A stretch of 63,820 bases of DNA, the filler included, from Octopus bimaculoides (Eukaryota), in NCBI RefSeq assembly GCF_001194135.2. It is 7 parts of 7 records of this genome, joined end to end, with 100 filler letters (N's around TTAATTAATTAA, not from the genome) between each part and the next. Parts side by side here need not be neighbours in the genome. Positions count along the whole stretch, not along the records: positions 41,394 to 50,705 come from NC_068996.1; positions 50,806 to 58,162 come from NW_026305865.1; positions 58,263 to 60,613 come from NW_026343905.1; positions 60,714 to 62,422 come from NC_068997.1; positions 62,523 to 63,820 come from NW_026313130.1; 2 more parts are not named here. One strand, written 5' to 3'. Below are positions 49,822 to 62,929 of this stretch, piece by piece. How positions within the stretch are numbered: position 1 is the stretch's first letter; the number at the start of each line of letters is the position of its first letter. A model generated the notes under the pieces. That model was not told the origin of the DNA, made no database searches, and saw only the letters and a program-made list of their open reading frames with translations. The translations under genes and the position numbers were made by a program.

Positions 49822-50691
49822 TATATATATGAATCATCTGGATCGGCCAGGCTGTCTAGTGCCGAGTCGGTTCCGCTGACAAAAGCATTTTCTCTATTTC
49901 TTTCGTGCTCTCACCGTTCTCATCCTTTCTTAAGTCATATTCTCACCTGATTGAAGGTCTTCCGAGTGGTCTCTTCCGTTTGCGCGAGTATCAATCGACA
50001 ACTGCAGGGGTCCACCGATTGTCTGTGAACCTTGCGACTTGACCGGCCCATCGCAGCTTTGCATGGTGGTATTCTGCGACGACGTCCCTCACTCCAGTTC
50101 TGTCCTTGATCTCCTCGCTCCGGATATGACCTCTTAGTAAGATTCTCAGCATCGATCTCTCTGCGCCGTAAGCGGATGTTTTTCTTCTCTCTTCGCTAAG
50201 GCCTGAGTCTCACATGTGTTTAGCATTGCGGGCGTGACTGTGCTTTTGAAGAGATTGGTGCGAGTTGCCTTGTCAAGGTTCGTCTTCAACGCATTCTTCA
50301 CCGAGTTGAATGCTCTCCATCCTGTTCTCACTCTTCGCAAGATCTCATTCTCTATCTCTCTCCCGATAGTCACTTCTTGACCGAGATACACATAGCTGCT
50401 CACCTCTTCTATTTCATCGCCTCCGACTGTTAAGTGACCGATCGCTACACTCTCACACTGTTTGCACTTGGTTTTCGTTCCTGAAATCCAGTTCGTCCGG
50501 CATGCTTTGTAGCTGTTCGCTGCTCTCCGCTATCATCGCTATATCATCAGCGAATCTTAGGTGAACAGCTCCCTGTTTATCCTTATGCCTCCGTTCCAGT
50601 TCATGTCTCGCATGACCATCTCGAGATACGCCGTGAAAAGCTTAAGAGAGATAGTTTTCTTCTTGCTTGACATCCTTCGACGAGAGAGTCC
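49822..50691 (-). mobile_element. RTE-clade LINE, 3' remnant
   Basis: KLFTAYLEMVMRDMNWNGGIRIN..RFADDI; SSYVYLGQEV..EILRRVRTGWRAFN..LFKSTVTPAML..CET; 3' end next to (TA)n. Confidence 0.9.
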
Positions 50692-51430
50692 ATTATATAT
50701 ATATANNNNNNNNNNNNNNNNNNNNNNNNNNNNNNNNNNNNNNNNNNNNTTAATTAATTAANNNNNNNNNNNNNNNNNNNNNNNNNNNNNNNNNNNNNNN
50801 NNNNNTATATATATAAATTCATGCATGTATATGGATATATATATATGTGTGTACAGATATATATAAATATATAATATACGCACAAATATAACTTTATACT
50901 TACACACACACACGCATATGTATATATGTATATTATAATGTATATATATGTGTGTATTACAATACATATGTAGGTATGTACACACACATACATATACATA
51001 AACTTGTTCCTATATATATGCAGACACACACTAACACACACATACGTACATTCATACATACATACATATACATATATATATATATATATATGTATGTATA
51101 TATATATATATATATATGTATGTATATATATATATATATATATACGAAATGGTTTACAATATATTTTCCCCTTATCCTATCAAAGACCAATCTAGAAGCC
51201 ATACCCTGATTGAGTTCTGATATCGGAGATAGTAGAGGGGTGAGGATCGTTACGAGGGGGCCGAGATGAGACGAAGAGGAAGAGGGGGGAAAGGTTATAA
51301 TTAACTAATGATGAGGACTAGACGTGGTGTAAGGATCGGTGCGAAAAGGAGAGAAACACTTAGCTTTTGAGAAAGAGAAAAAAAGGGAGAGACAGACAAA
51401 GAGGAAAGGATACAGAAAGATAGACAGACT

Positions 51431-51462
<32 letters not shown>

Positions 51463-51689
51463 CAGAGATAGATAGACAGATAGATAGATGTTTGTGGTGG
51501 TGGTGATGGTGATGGTTGTATTTGTGGTTGTGTTATTAGTGTAGTGGTTGCGGTGGTGGTGGTGGTGGTGGTCGTCGTCGTCGTCGTCGACGTAGTAGTA
51601 GTAGTGATGGTGGTGGTGTTGGTGGCGATGGTGGTGGTAGTTTGGTGTTAGAGATTAGGGCAACGGTTTACAGTGGCAATGGTTGTATA

Positions 51690-52074
51690 GACCGGTTTCT
51701 TATGGTCAATGTCGTTGTTGTTGCTGCTGCCTTTGTTTATCTTGTTTGATATTAATAATTTTTTTTCCTATATATATATATACATATATATATATATACA
51801 TTTACAATATGTCTGCGTATATATATATATATATATATATGTGTGTCTGTGTTTAGCTGTGTGTATGCATGTATCTATTATTGTACATGTTTCTCTATAC
51901 TTACTGTTATATATACGAAAATGTAACTGCATGTATATATATATATATATGTGTGTGTTTATGTGTGTGTGTGTGTGTGTATATGTGTGTACGCGTTTAG
52001 CTGTATGTATGTATGTATTATTGTATATGTGTTAGTCTATAGTTACTGTTTTATATATATGAAAATATAACCGC

Positions 52075-52114
<40 letters not shown>

Positions 52115-52501
52115 ATATAAGTATATATATGTGTGTGTATGTGTGTGTGTTTGTACATACATACATACATGCATAGAAACAAACACAGATTGACGTCTGT
52201 TTGCATAAGATTTTTTGTATCTGTTTATTGTGTATTCATATACATACACCTTCACGCGCGCGCGCGCACGTGTGTGTGTGTGTGTGTGTGTGTATGTAAT
52301 TAGGATGAGGGTTAGGGTGGGCTGCCAATGACGTCTGCGTGCATATTTCCGCGTGTATATATATTTAAACTAAATGGCCCAACTATTATCGCATATCGAT
52401 AGACCGAAATTGCCGGGTATATATAAATGTGTGTGTGTGCGTGAATAACTTGCTAGAAGAGACGCTATGTGCATATATGCACTATATATATATATATGGT
52501 G

Positions 52502-52539
<38 letters not shown>

Positions 52540-52624
52540 CATATATATATATATGTATTATATATATGTCATACTATATCTATCTATCTATCTATCTATC
52601 TATATATATATATATGTATATATA

Positions 52625-52674
<50 letters not shown>

Positions 52675-52690
52675 ATATATCTATCTACCT
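51690..52690. repeat. Mixed (TA)/(TG)/(TATC) microsatellite field
   Basis: Direct. Confidence 0.85.
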
Positions 52691-52699
52691 ATTTATATA

Positions 52700-52932
52700 G
52701 GAGTGGCTGTGTGATAAGTAGCTTACTTACGAACCACATGGTTCCGAGTTCAGTCCCACCGCGTGGTACCTTGGGCAAGTGTCTTCTACTGTAGCCTCAA
52801 GTACAACTCATTTTTGCCAACTAAGTGGACTGGAGCAACGTGAAATAAAGTGTCTTGCTCAAGTATACAACGCATCACCGGGAATCGAACTCGCGACCTT
52901 ACGATCGTTAGCTGAATGGCCTAACCTCTAAG
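52700..52932. mobile_element. Convergent SINE heads: family C head on + (52700-52798) fused to family D head on - (52800-52932)
   Basis: GAGTGGCTGTGTGATAAG..CCTTGGGCAAGTGTCTTCTACTGTAGCCTC, then the reverse complement of GCGCGTGGCTTAGAGGTTAGG..GGCAAAAATGAGTTGTACTT. Confidence 0.85.
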
Positions 52933-53002
52933 CCACGCGCTTTTGCTACGAAAATACTCAATAAACAGAAGAGATGGCTCCAAAGTTCAAAACTTCCCCC
53001 AA

Positions 53003-53048
53003 GACACCTGAAGAAGGCTGGAGGGTGTATCAGCCGAAACGTTGTGTT
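53003..53048 (+). ncRNA. Minimal type-I hammerhead ribozyme motif
   Basis: GACAC-CUGAAGA-A-GGCUG(10-nt loop)CAGCC-GAAAC-GUU|GUGUU. Stem III is the palindrome AACGUU typical of dimer-forming minimal hammerheads. Confidence 0.75.
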
Positions 53049-53094
53049 AACAACAAACAAGATGAGGACAAATATCCGTCAAATGTAAGTAATG

Positions 53095-53610
53095 TACAAA
53101 TCTGCATATTTACATAAAACAAAACATACGAATGTTCACATATACATACATACATACATACATACATACATACCGTGATGATGATATTGAAATTGTAATG
53201 AAGGAGCATTGGATCTAGGTTAGAAACCGGTTCTTTCTCTCTTGGCAAGAAATCTTGAAACTAAACTGAATAATGCCACACATAACTGCAGCCAACTGTT
53301 TTGGAACATTCAGATTTTTTGCCCAGGATATAAATTCACATTTACACCAATAATAATTGGTACACTTCACTTCGTAAGTAAATGCCTTAGTGGTAATCTG
53401 GATAAGCTAGGATCTTCAGATAAAGAAATCAACCAGTTAGATTCGTACGTTATAAATACAATCTGTAAGCTGAACAGTAAAGATATGCAAGGTTTTTCCC
53501 AAGTTCTGAACGTGAATTTGTTTTCGTTATCCACATTCCAACGATAAAGATTTGTATTTTGTTAGAACCCAGCTCCTTTCTTGGAGGCAGAATTTAGACA
53601 ATTAGAAACG
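53095..53610 (+). mobile_element. Two nested RLE-clade retrotransposon 3' pieces: 3' UTR 53095-53280, then an ORF C-terminus plus UTR 53280-53610
   Basis: 53170-53275 matches 59915-60015; peptide NIQIFCPGYKFTFTPIIIGTL..LSGNLDKLG. Confidence 0.75.
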
Positions 53611-54276
53611 GAAAGGAACACACACACACACACACACACAGACACACACACACGCACATGCACCACTTACGTATGTATATACGGGTATGTCAATGTCCGC
53701 ATGTAATTATGAATATACTACTGTATGTATGTCGACATATATCAGTTAATACATATATGTATGCGTATGTGTATGTCTGTGTGTGCGTGTATGTATATAT
53801 ATATATATATATTCGGATATATGTGAATAAAAGTAATTATTTCTTGTGCGTATGTATGCATGTGTGTGTGAAGCTTATGTCTGGCGGAAAAAAATCTAAA
53901 CATTGATAAACTATTTTTACGCTATTTGCTTTATCATTCTGCATATGACTGTCTGTATCTATCATTGTATCAACATATCTATCGATGTATCGATCTGTTT
54001 AATCAATTGATTTGTTTATCTAAATACCTATACTCTCTATGTGTGCCTATGTCGTGTGTGTATGTGATTTTCTAGTGTGTATAAATGTATGTGTATGTAT
54101 GCACGTGTAGCGTTCTATCCCCCTCTCTCTCTCACTTTCTATGCACATAAACTCACTCACACACATATATGTCTATAGAGCATGTATCTACATACTTGCA
54201 TTTGTATATTTTATATACATTCTTATAAATACACATACACATGAAAAAGCACAGACACAGGTACACGAACACGCAC

Positions 54277-54331
<55 letters not shown>

Positions 54332-54361
54332 CACATATATGTATATACGTATTCATACATT

Positions 54362-54401
<40 letters not shown>

Positions 54402-55332
54402 CATATATATATATATACACTTTATATGTAGATCTAGCTACAGATATACTCACACACAAACACACATAGGTATATATGTGTAGCATATATACATATGTAT
54501 ATATATATACATGTATGTCTGCACACAGACTTACATATATGTGTGTGTGTGTGTGCGCGTGTGTATTATACACTATATATGTGCGTATGTCCGTCTATTA
54601 TACACGTATGTACGTATATATGTACGTATATACGTCTATTTCTCTACGCCACATGACTGAAAGCCATCACTTAGCTGCTATTTCTATATTTCCTATCTCG
54701 AAACCTTCTTGCATAGATTACTTCATTCAACTAGATTCTACATTTTGATTCTATGTATCATCATCGACCAGTAAATAAAATATAGTTTTATGTAGTAAAT
54801 ATATAGTTCTTGAACTTATTCTTTCATCTCTTCATGAACTCTTGTAATAATATACACGCAGCCACATCTACACCTTGTACCGACTATATATTGCCACTAC
54901 TAGCCTGTTCGTCAATCTGAGTGACAAAGACCATCTTGTTATCCTTCAGGATGACTGATGACTTGCGCGGATACTTGCTTTGTTTGATGAACTGTTCACC
55001 TTCAACAGCACTCTTGTCCGTCAGAACGATGAGGATCTCTTAAACATTCCGGAAGTGTGATTAATGGCTTGCGCTGTGACTTTTAGTGAAGAAGACTTTA
55101 AAATGAAGCAGAGTGGTGCACCATTAACCTCACTCTCTCGTCTGTGGTCGTCTTCAATTCAGTGTCAAGACTAGGTCAAAGTGAACAGGACTTGAAACGG
55201 ATGTAGGGGAAGACCAAGATGTCTTGCCATATCTTACTCTCTGCATTCCATAGGGTTTTGCTTCGGCTGCTTTCCTCGCTATTGAACTGCGTAAGAAACA
55301 TTTATGTTTCTTACGCAGTGTCTTCCTGGTCC

Positions 55333-55447
55333 AAAGGATGAAAGGCGAAGTCGACCTCGGCGGAATTTGAACTCACAACGTAGCGGCAGACGAAATACCG
55401 TTAAGCATTTCGGCCGGCGTGCTAACGATTCTGCCAGCTCGCCGCCT
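55333..55447 (-). mobile_element. SINE family A, 3'-truncated
   Basis: Reverse complement of the A head and core. Confidence 0.88.
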
Positions 55448-55729
55448 TCTGTATATAATGCCAACAAAAACAACACCACCTACCATCTCCACCATTCCGA
55501 CCGCGACCACCACCACCACCATCACCACAAACAGTACAACTATGGTCGCAACCAGAGCCTTTCATCACCCCCACCAAGGCCACCACACCTGTCCAGTAAT
55601 GATACATAAGCAAGCCGTTCAGGTGTGACAATAAATTCAATAGACTGTGACTAGCCTTCTGTGACAACAAGAACAAGAACAACAACAACTGCAGCAACCG
55701 ACGAAGAGACAATTAAGTTTGTGTGTGTG

Positions 55730-56440
<711 letters not shown>

Positions 56441-56711
56441 ACATAAAAACCTTGCAACAGTAATAACAAGGGTATGATTAATTTTGATGGTATGGTGTCG
56501 ATGGTGGCGCTGCTGGAACTCCTGATGATGAAGATAATGATGATGGTGACGACGGACGACGATGATGATGATGGTAGTGATGATGATGCCGGGCAGACGG
56601 AAGGCGAGGGTGAAGAGTAACGGGGGGAGGAGGCCGAGGGGTTTATGGACGATGATGAACATAACTCTGTCCATTATCTGATAACAATAGTAGTAGTAGT
56701 AGTAGTAATTA

Positions 56712-56936
56712 TAATTCTTTCTACTCTAGGCACAAAGGCCTGAAAATTTTGGGGAAGGGGCCAGTCGATTAGATCGACCCCAGTACGTAACTGGTACTTA
56801 ATTTATCGACCCCGAAAGGATGAAAGGCAAAGTTGACCTCGGCGGAATTTGATCCCAGAACATAGCGACGGGCGAAACACCGCTAAGCCTTTCGTCCAGC
56901 GTGCTAATGATTCTGCCATCTCGCCACCTTAACAAC

Positions 56937-56971
<35 letters not shown>

Positions 56972-57060
56972 CAACAACAACAACCGTTTCTACTAAGGGT
57001 ACAAAGCATGAAATTTGTGGGGATGGGACTTAATTTATCGACCCCGAAAGGATGAAAGGC
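56712..57060 (-). mobile_element. Tandem SINE family A copies (56712-56930; partial 56985-57060) separated by (TTA/TTG)n
   Basis: Same motifs on the minus strand. Confidence 0.88.
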
Positions 57061-57701
57061 NNNNNNNNNNNNNNNNNNNNNNNNNNNNNNNNNNNNNNNN
57101 NNNNNNNNNNNNNNNNNNNNNNNNNNNNNNNNNNNNNNNNNNNNNNNNNNNNNNNNNNNNNNNNNNNNNNNNNNNNNNNNNNNNNNNNNNNNNNNNNNNN
57201 NNNNNNNNNNNNNNNNNNNNNNNNNNNNNNNNNNNNNNNNNNNNNNNNNNNNNNNNNNNNNNNNNNNNNNNNNNNNNNNNNNNNNNNNNNNNNNNNNNNN
57301 NNNNNNNNNNNNNNNNNNNNNNNNNNNNNNNNNNNNNNNNNNNNNNNNNNNNNNNNNNNNNNNNNNNNNNNNNNNNNNNNNNNNNNNNNNNNNNNNNNNN
57401 NNNNNNNNNNNNNNNNNNNNNNNNNNNNNNNNNNNNNNNNNNNNNNNNNNNNNNNNNNNNNNNNNNNNNNNNNNNNNNNNNNNNNNNNNNNNNNNNNNNN
57501 NNNNNNNNNNNNNNNNNNNNNNNNNNNNNNNNNNNNNNNNNNNNNNNNNNNNNNNNNNNNNNNNNNNNNNNNNNNNNNNNNNNNNNNNNNNNNNNNNNNN
57601 NNNNNNNNNNNNNNNNNNNNNNNNNNNNNNNNNNNNNNNNNNNNNNNNNNNNNNNNNNNNNNNNNNNNNNNNNNNNNNNNNNNNNNNNNNNNNNNNNNNN
57701 N

Positions 57702-58116
57702 AGTTACCCTCCCAGGCACAAGTCCGGGGAAAGGTTGCTTATGGAAGACCAGCAATCGCCCATGCCTACCAGTTTCTCCTCTCCACGCCTATATGTACAT
57801 AGGGTAAAGGATAAAGGCCCCCTTTGATAACGAATGACCATGGGATTGCACCAAGGTTACTTATGTAAGGCCAGCAGTCACCCCTGCATACCAGCCTTCA
57901 CTCCCCATGCCACCAATGTTATCCAAGGGAAAGGCAGAGGGGCCGATACAGCTTGGCACCAGTGACGTCACAACTCATTTCTACAGCTGAGTGAACTGGA
58001 GCAACGTGAAATAAAGTGTCTTGCTCAAGAACACAACACGTAGCTCGGTCAGGGATTCGAACTCACAACCTCACGATCGTAAACTCGACGATCTAAGCGC
58101 TGAGCCATACTGCCTT
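57702..58116 (-). mobile_element. SINE family B with a second tail segment
   Basis: 57830-58116 matches 7774-8115; 57702-57800 repeats part of the B tail. Confidence 0.85.
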
Positions 58117-58120
58117 ATAT

Positions 58121-58162
<42 letters not shown>

Positions 58163-58310
58163 NNNNNNNNNNNNNNNNNNNNNNNNNNNNNNNNNNNNNN
58201 NNNNNNTTAATTAATTAANNNNNNNNNNNNNNNNNNNNNNNNNNNNNNNNNNNNNNNNNNNNATGTGTGTGTATGTGTGTGTGTGTGTGCTTATACAAAC
58301 TTACGCCGAT

Positions 58311-58474
58311 GGCGTGGCCGTGTGATATAACGCTTGCTTCCCAACCACATGATCCTGGGATCTGTCCCACTCTGCATTACCTTGGGCAAGTGTCTTCTAC
58401 TATAGCCTTGGACCGACCAGAGCCTTGTGAGTAGATTTGGTAGACGGAAACTGAATGAAGCCCGTCGTGTATAG

Positions 58475-58520
<46 letters not shown>

Positions 58521-58641
58521 TCAGTCATTTGACTGCGTCCATGCTGGAGCACCGACTTTGGTCGAGCAAATCGACACCAGGACTTATTTTTTGTAAGCCT
58601 AGTACTTAATTTATCGTTCTCTTTAGCTGAACCGCTAAGTT
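58311..58641. mobile_element. SINE family C head on + (58311-58472), (TA)n, family C tail on - (58517-58641)
   Basis: Motif matches to the other C copies. Confidence 0.8.
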
Positions 58642-59519
58642 NNNNNNNNNNNNNNNNNNNNNNNNNNNNNNNNNNNNNNNNNNNNNNNNNNNNNNNNNNN
58701 NNNNNNNNNNNNNNNNNNNNNNNNNNNNNNNNNNNNNNNNNNNNNNNNNNNNNNNNNNNNNNNNNNNNNNNNNNNNNNNNNNNNNNNNNNNNNNNNNNNN
58801 NNNNNNNNNNNNNNNNNNNNNNNNNNNNNNNNNNNNNNNNNNNNNNNNNNNNNNNNNNNNNNNNNNNNNNNNNNNNNNNNNNNNNNNNNNNNNNNNNNNN
58901 NNNNNNNNNNNNNNNNNNNNNNNNNNNNNNNNNNNNNNNNNNNNNNNNNNNNNNNNNNNNNNNNNNNNNNNNNNNNNNNNNNNNNNNNNNNNNNNNNNNN
59001 NNNNNNNNNNNNNNNNNNNNNNNNNNNNNNNNNNNNNNNNNNNNNNNNNNNNNNNNNNNNNNNNNNNNNNNNNNNNNNNNNNNNNNNNNNNNNNNNNNNN
59101 NNNNNNNNNNNNNNNNNNNNNNNNNNNNNNNNNNNNNNNNNNNNNNNNNNNNNNNNNNNNNNNNNNNNNNNNNNNNNNNNNNNNNNNNNNNNNNNNNNNN
59201 NNNNNNNNNNNNNNNNNNNNNNNNNNNNNNNNNNNNNNNNNNNNNNNNNNNNNNNNNNNNNNNNNNNNNNNNNNNNNNNNNNNNNNNNNNNNNNNNNNNN
59301 NNNNNNNNNNNNNNNNNNNNNNNNNNNNNNNNNNNNNNNNNNNNNNNNNNNNNNNNNNNNNNNNNNNNNNNNNNNNNNNNNNNNNNNNNNNNNNNNNNNN
59401 NNNNTATATAATGTATGTATGTATATATATAAGAGTGTTGTAGTTCGCTTAAGACATTGTAGTGTCGAAGACGTGAAAGAAGAGGGAAAATATAAAGGTC
59501 TTGGGAAATAGAGAAGAGA

Positions 59520-60030
59520 AACGGTGTACAATTGTGGAAATCAGCTGAAGATCAGTGAAAAAGAGAACACCTATGCTGAACCATTGAGAAATCTGCAGTT
59601 AATCTATCCAGATTACAAGTTCAGGTTTATACCTGTAATTATTGGAGGCACTGGGATATGGAACACACTGCCTAAATACCAATATTGAGAAATTAGGCTT
59701 CTCAAAAGCAGGAAGGGGAAAGCTAATTCGAAGACAACAGGTCCAATCTATCACTGGAACTGTGAAGATCTATAAAACTTTCCAGAAGTTTATCATTTAA
59801 ATATAGATGAGCATGTCTAGATATGCAAATATATGCATGAGAATTCACATATTAAGCAAAACATAAAAATCTGCATACATACATACGTACGTACGTATAA
59901 ACAAACAAAAGTACCCCGTTGTCGATGTTGAAATTCCAATGAAGGAGCCTTGGATCTCGGTTAGAAACGAACTCTTCCTCTATTGGCAAGACATCTTGAA
60001 ATAAAACTGAACAATAACATACATACACAC
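59520..60030 (+). mobile_element. RLE-clade (R4/Dong-like) retrotransposon 3' end with (CATA)n-containing UTR and tail
   Basis: KISEKENTYAEPLRNLQLIYPDYKFRFIPVIIG..NIEKLGFSK..LIRRQQVQSITGTVKIYKTFQKFII*. Confidence 0.85.
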
Positions 60031-60914
60031 ATATACACTCACAACCTGCAAGAGACCTAGGGATAGACGAAAGGATGCGATGGCTGGATATTATCCGTGT
60101 TTGCAGATGGCCATGCTTGGAAATCCAGCCAGAGAGTGCAATGACGGTTGCGCCTGATAGGACCCTCTGCACGGAGGTTCCTGAGGAATCTGCCACCACG
60201 AAAGAGTAGCGGTCGGAGAAGGAAGGATTGAGGGAATACCGAGTTAAACGCCCACAGGCAATATAACCGACATTTCAAGCAACTTAGGAGTGTGAATTGA
60301 GAAACTTGCTTAACTAAGTTATGACTATCATCCATAGACAAGCACATATGCTCTTTGAGTGTTCAAAAAGAAATGACAAAAAAAAAAAAACCCGCTTCAC
60401 AAAAGGGGAATAACTCCGATGATATTTGCCTGGCAAAATCAATGGAAAATATAAAATATGTTGATTGTGTTATGCGTTGCATTCGAACGCAACAGGTGAC
60501 AATGAGATTAAATATAATCATATAAACATACACACTCACATACATACATACATACACATATACATACATACATAAATATATGTGCATATAAACACATACA
60601 TACATATATACTTNNNNNNNNNNNNNNNNNNNNNNNNNNNNNNNNNNNNNNNNNNNNTTAATTAATTAANNNNNNNNNNNNNNNNNNNNNNNNNNNNNNN
60701 NNNNNNNNNNNNNTTCAGGGTCTTTGTTCGTCGGTATTTGTTTCTATAAAACCTGTAAAGATCGATATTTTGGGTTTGGCAAAAATGATCGATATGGCTA
60801 TCAGAGCGTAAGCCATTCACCTATTCATTTGTGGTTTTCACTATAATATTTGAGCGATTCGTGTTTGTCGCTTTGTTGGTGCGAACTGCTATGTCCCAGA
60901 ATAGTATATACCTT

Positions 60915-61700
60915 TATCATTGTGTGTGTGCTTGTGTGTGTACTTGTCTGTGTGTCTGTATGCTTGTGTGTGTCTATGTGTGTATGCATGTACGTGTGTG
61001 TCTATGTGCATGTGAACATCTTTGTGTGAGTGCGTGCATGCGTGTGTGTGTGTCCCGCTATGCGAGTGCCTCTGTTTGTGTGTGTGCCTCTGTCTGTGTG
61101 TATGCGAGTACGTGCGTGTCTCAGTGTTTGTGTATGTATGTGTGTGTGTGTACCTGTGTGTGTATGTGTGTATGTATATGTGTGCATATGTGTATGTGCG
61201 CCTCTGTGTGCGTGTGTGTGCCCCCGTGTGTACATGTGCGTGTGCCCTTCTCTTTGGGTATGGGCATGTGTATGCCTGCGTGTGCCTATGGGTGTGTGTA
61301 TGTGTGTGTATGTGTGTGCGTGTACCTGTGTGTGTATGTGTGTATGTATATGTGTGCATATGTGTAGGTGCGCCTGTGTGTGTGTGTGTGTGCCTGTATG
61401 TGTATGTGTACCTTTGTGGGTACCTCTGTCTGTGTGTATGTATATGTGTGCATATGTGTATGTGCACTTGTGTGTTTGCATCTGTGTGTATGTGTGTGTG
61501 TCCTCTTTGGGTATGTGCGTACGTGCGCCTCTGTGTATGTGTATGTGTGTGTGCCTGTGTGTATATGTGTACCTTTGTGGGTGCCTGTATGTGTGTGTAT
61601 GTGTGTGTGCGTGCGAGTGCATGCGTGCCACTCTGTTCGTATGTCTGTGTGTCTCTGTGTGTGTGTGTATGCCTCTCTCTGTGTATTACGTGTGTATTTA
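60915..61700. repeat. Complex TG-rich degenerate minisatellite with recurring ~50-bp subunits
   Basis: gtacctgtgtgtgtatgtgtgtatgtatatgtgtgcatatgtgta recurs at about 61150, 61320 and (variant) 61430. Confidence 0.85.
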
Positions 61701-61950
61701 TACATATTAATGCCATATAATATCTCTAGGCTCGTAACCGAATCAGATTAAGCACCACACGATACTTTTTGCGAATCTCTCCGCTCTGAGTTCAGATTCT
61801 TCTGTTGTCAGCTTTACTTTTTAGCCTTTCGGGAATCAATGAAGTACGAATTTCAGTTCAGTCTAGTGTACAAAGTACACAACTTTAGGCGTTAATTTAG
61901 CGTGTGGTCAACCTCAGTATCGTTGTCTACGATGTGTAATGATCCGACAT

Positions 61951-62152
61951 GGGTTAGGATTAGGGTTATGTTTAGGATTTAGAGTTAGGGTAAGAATTAG
62001 GGTTTCGGGTAAGGATTCGAGCTTATAGTTAGGCCTCAGGTTTAGGGTTAGAATTAGGGTTTAGGTTCAGAGTTAGGATTTAGGGTTAGGGTTTAGGGTT
62101 AGGGTTAAGGCTTAGAGTTAGGACATACAATTAAATTTTAGGGATGGGTTTA
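61951..62152 (+). repeat. Degenerate interstitial TTAGGG-like array
   Basis: Many TTAGGG/TTTAGG/TTAGAG units; the purest stretch is 62080-62105. Confidence 0.8.
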
Positions 62153-62378
62153 GGGATACTGGCTTTGCTGGGTGGAGGTGCTTATCTCCTCTGTTTGAAA
62201 ACATAAGGAGACAGAACGATTGTGTTACATGGTCAACTGGAAACAGTGTTTCCTGAGGCTAAATAGCAATAACATTCTTCCCTTTCATGGGACTGCCACA
62301 TTAAGTTGGCAACAAACCACCACTTTATCGTGCTGCTACTGTATAAGTCTCTCTGAGAGATTTAGAAATGCAATATTC

Positions 62379-62422
<44 letters not shown>

Positions 62423-62929
62423 NNNNNNNNNNNNNNNNNNNNNNNNNNNNNNNNNNNNNNNNNNNNTTAATTAATTAANNNNNNNNNNNNNNNNNNNNNN
62501 NNNNNNNNNNNNNNNNNNNNNNAGTTATAACATGCGTTTTCTCCATTCCTTAAATATATATATATATATATAATTATTTATATATATATTAATACATATC
62601 GACATACAAAATATACATGAATATATTTAAAAATATAAATATATAAGTAAATAGAATATATATGAGATGTATGTTGAAAAAGTGAGGAAAAGAGAACTAG
62701 TAAAAACTTGTTCAACACTAAAAGTAAGAGCGGTTAAGACTGTCTAAAAATAACAATTAATAAATCCATAAAGTTCAATATGTTTTTTAAAAATGTAAAT
62801 AGCAAATGATACAATCAGAGGGAAATTAGTTTCTACGGCCGTTTCCAGAGTTCATGTCTGATAGAAAACAATTAAGAGAAGTTTTATAATCCATGCTGAC
62901 AGGGTCCCTTCATCAAGATAGATATCCTC

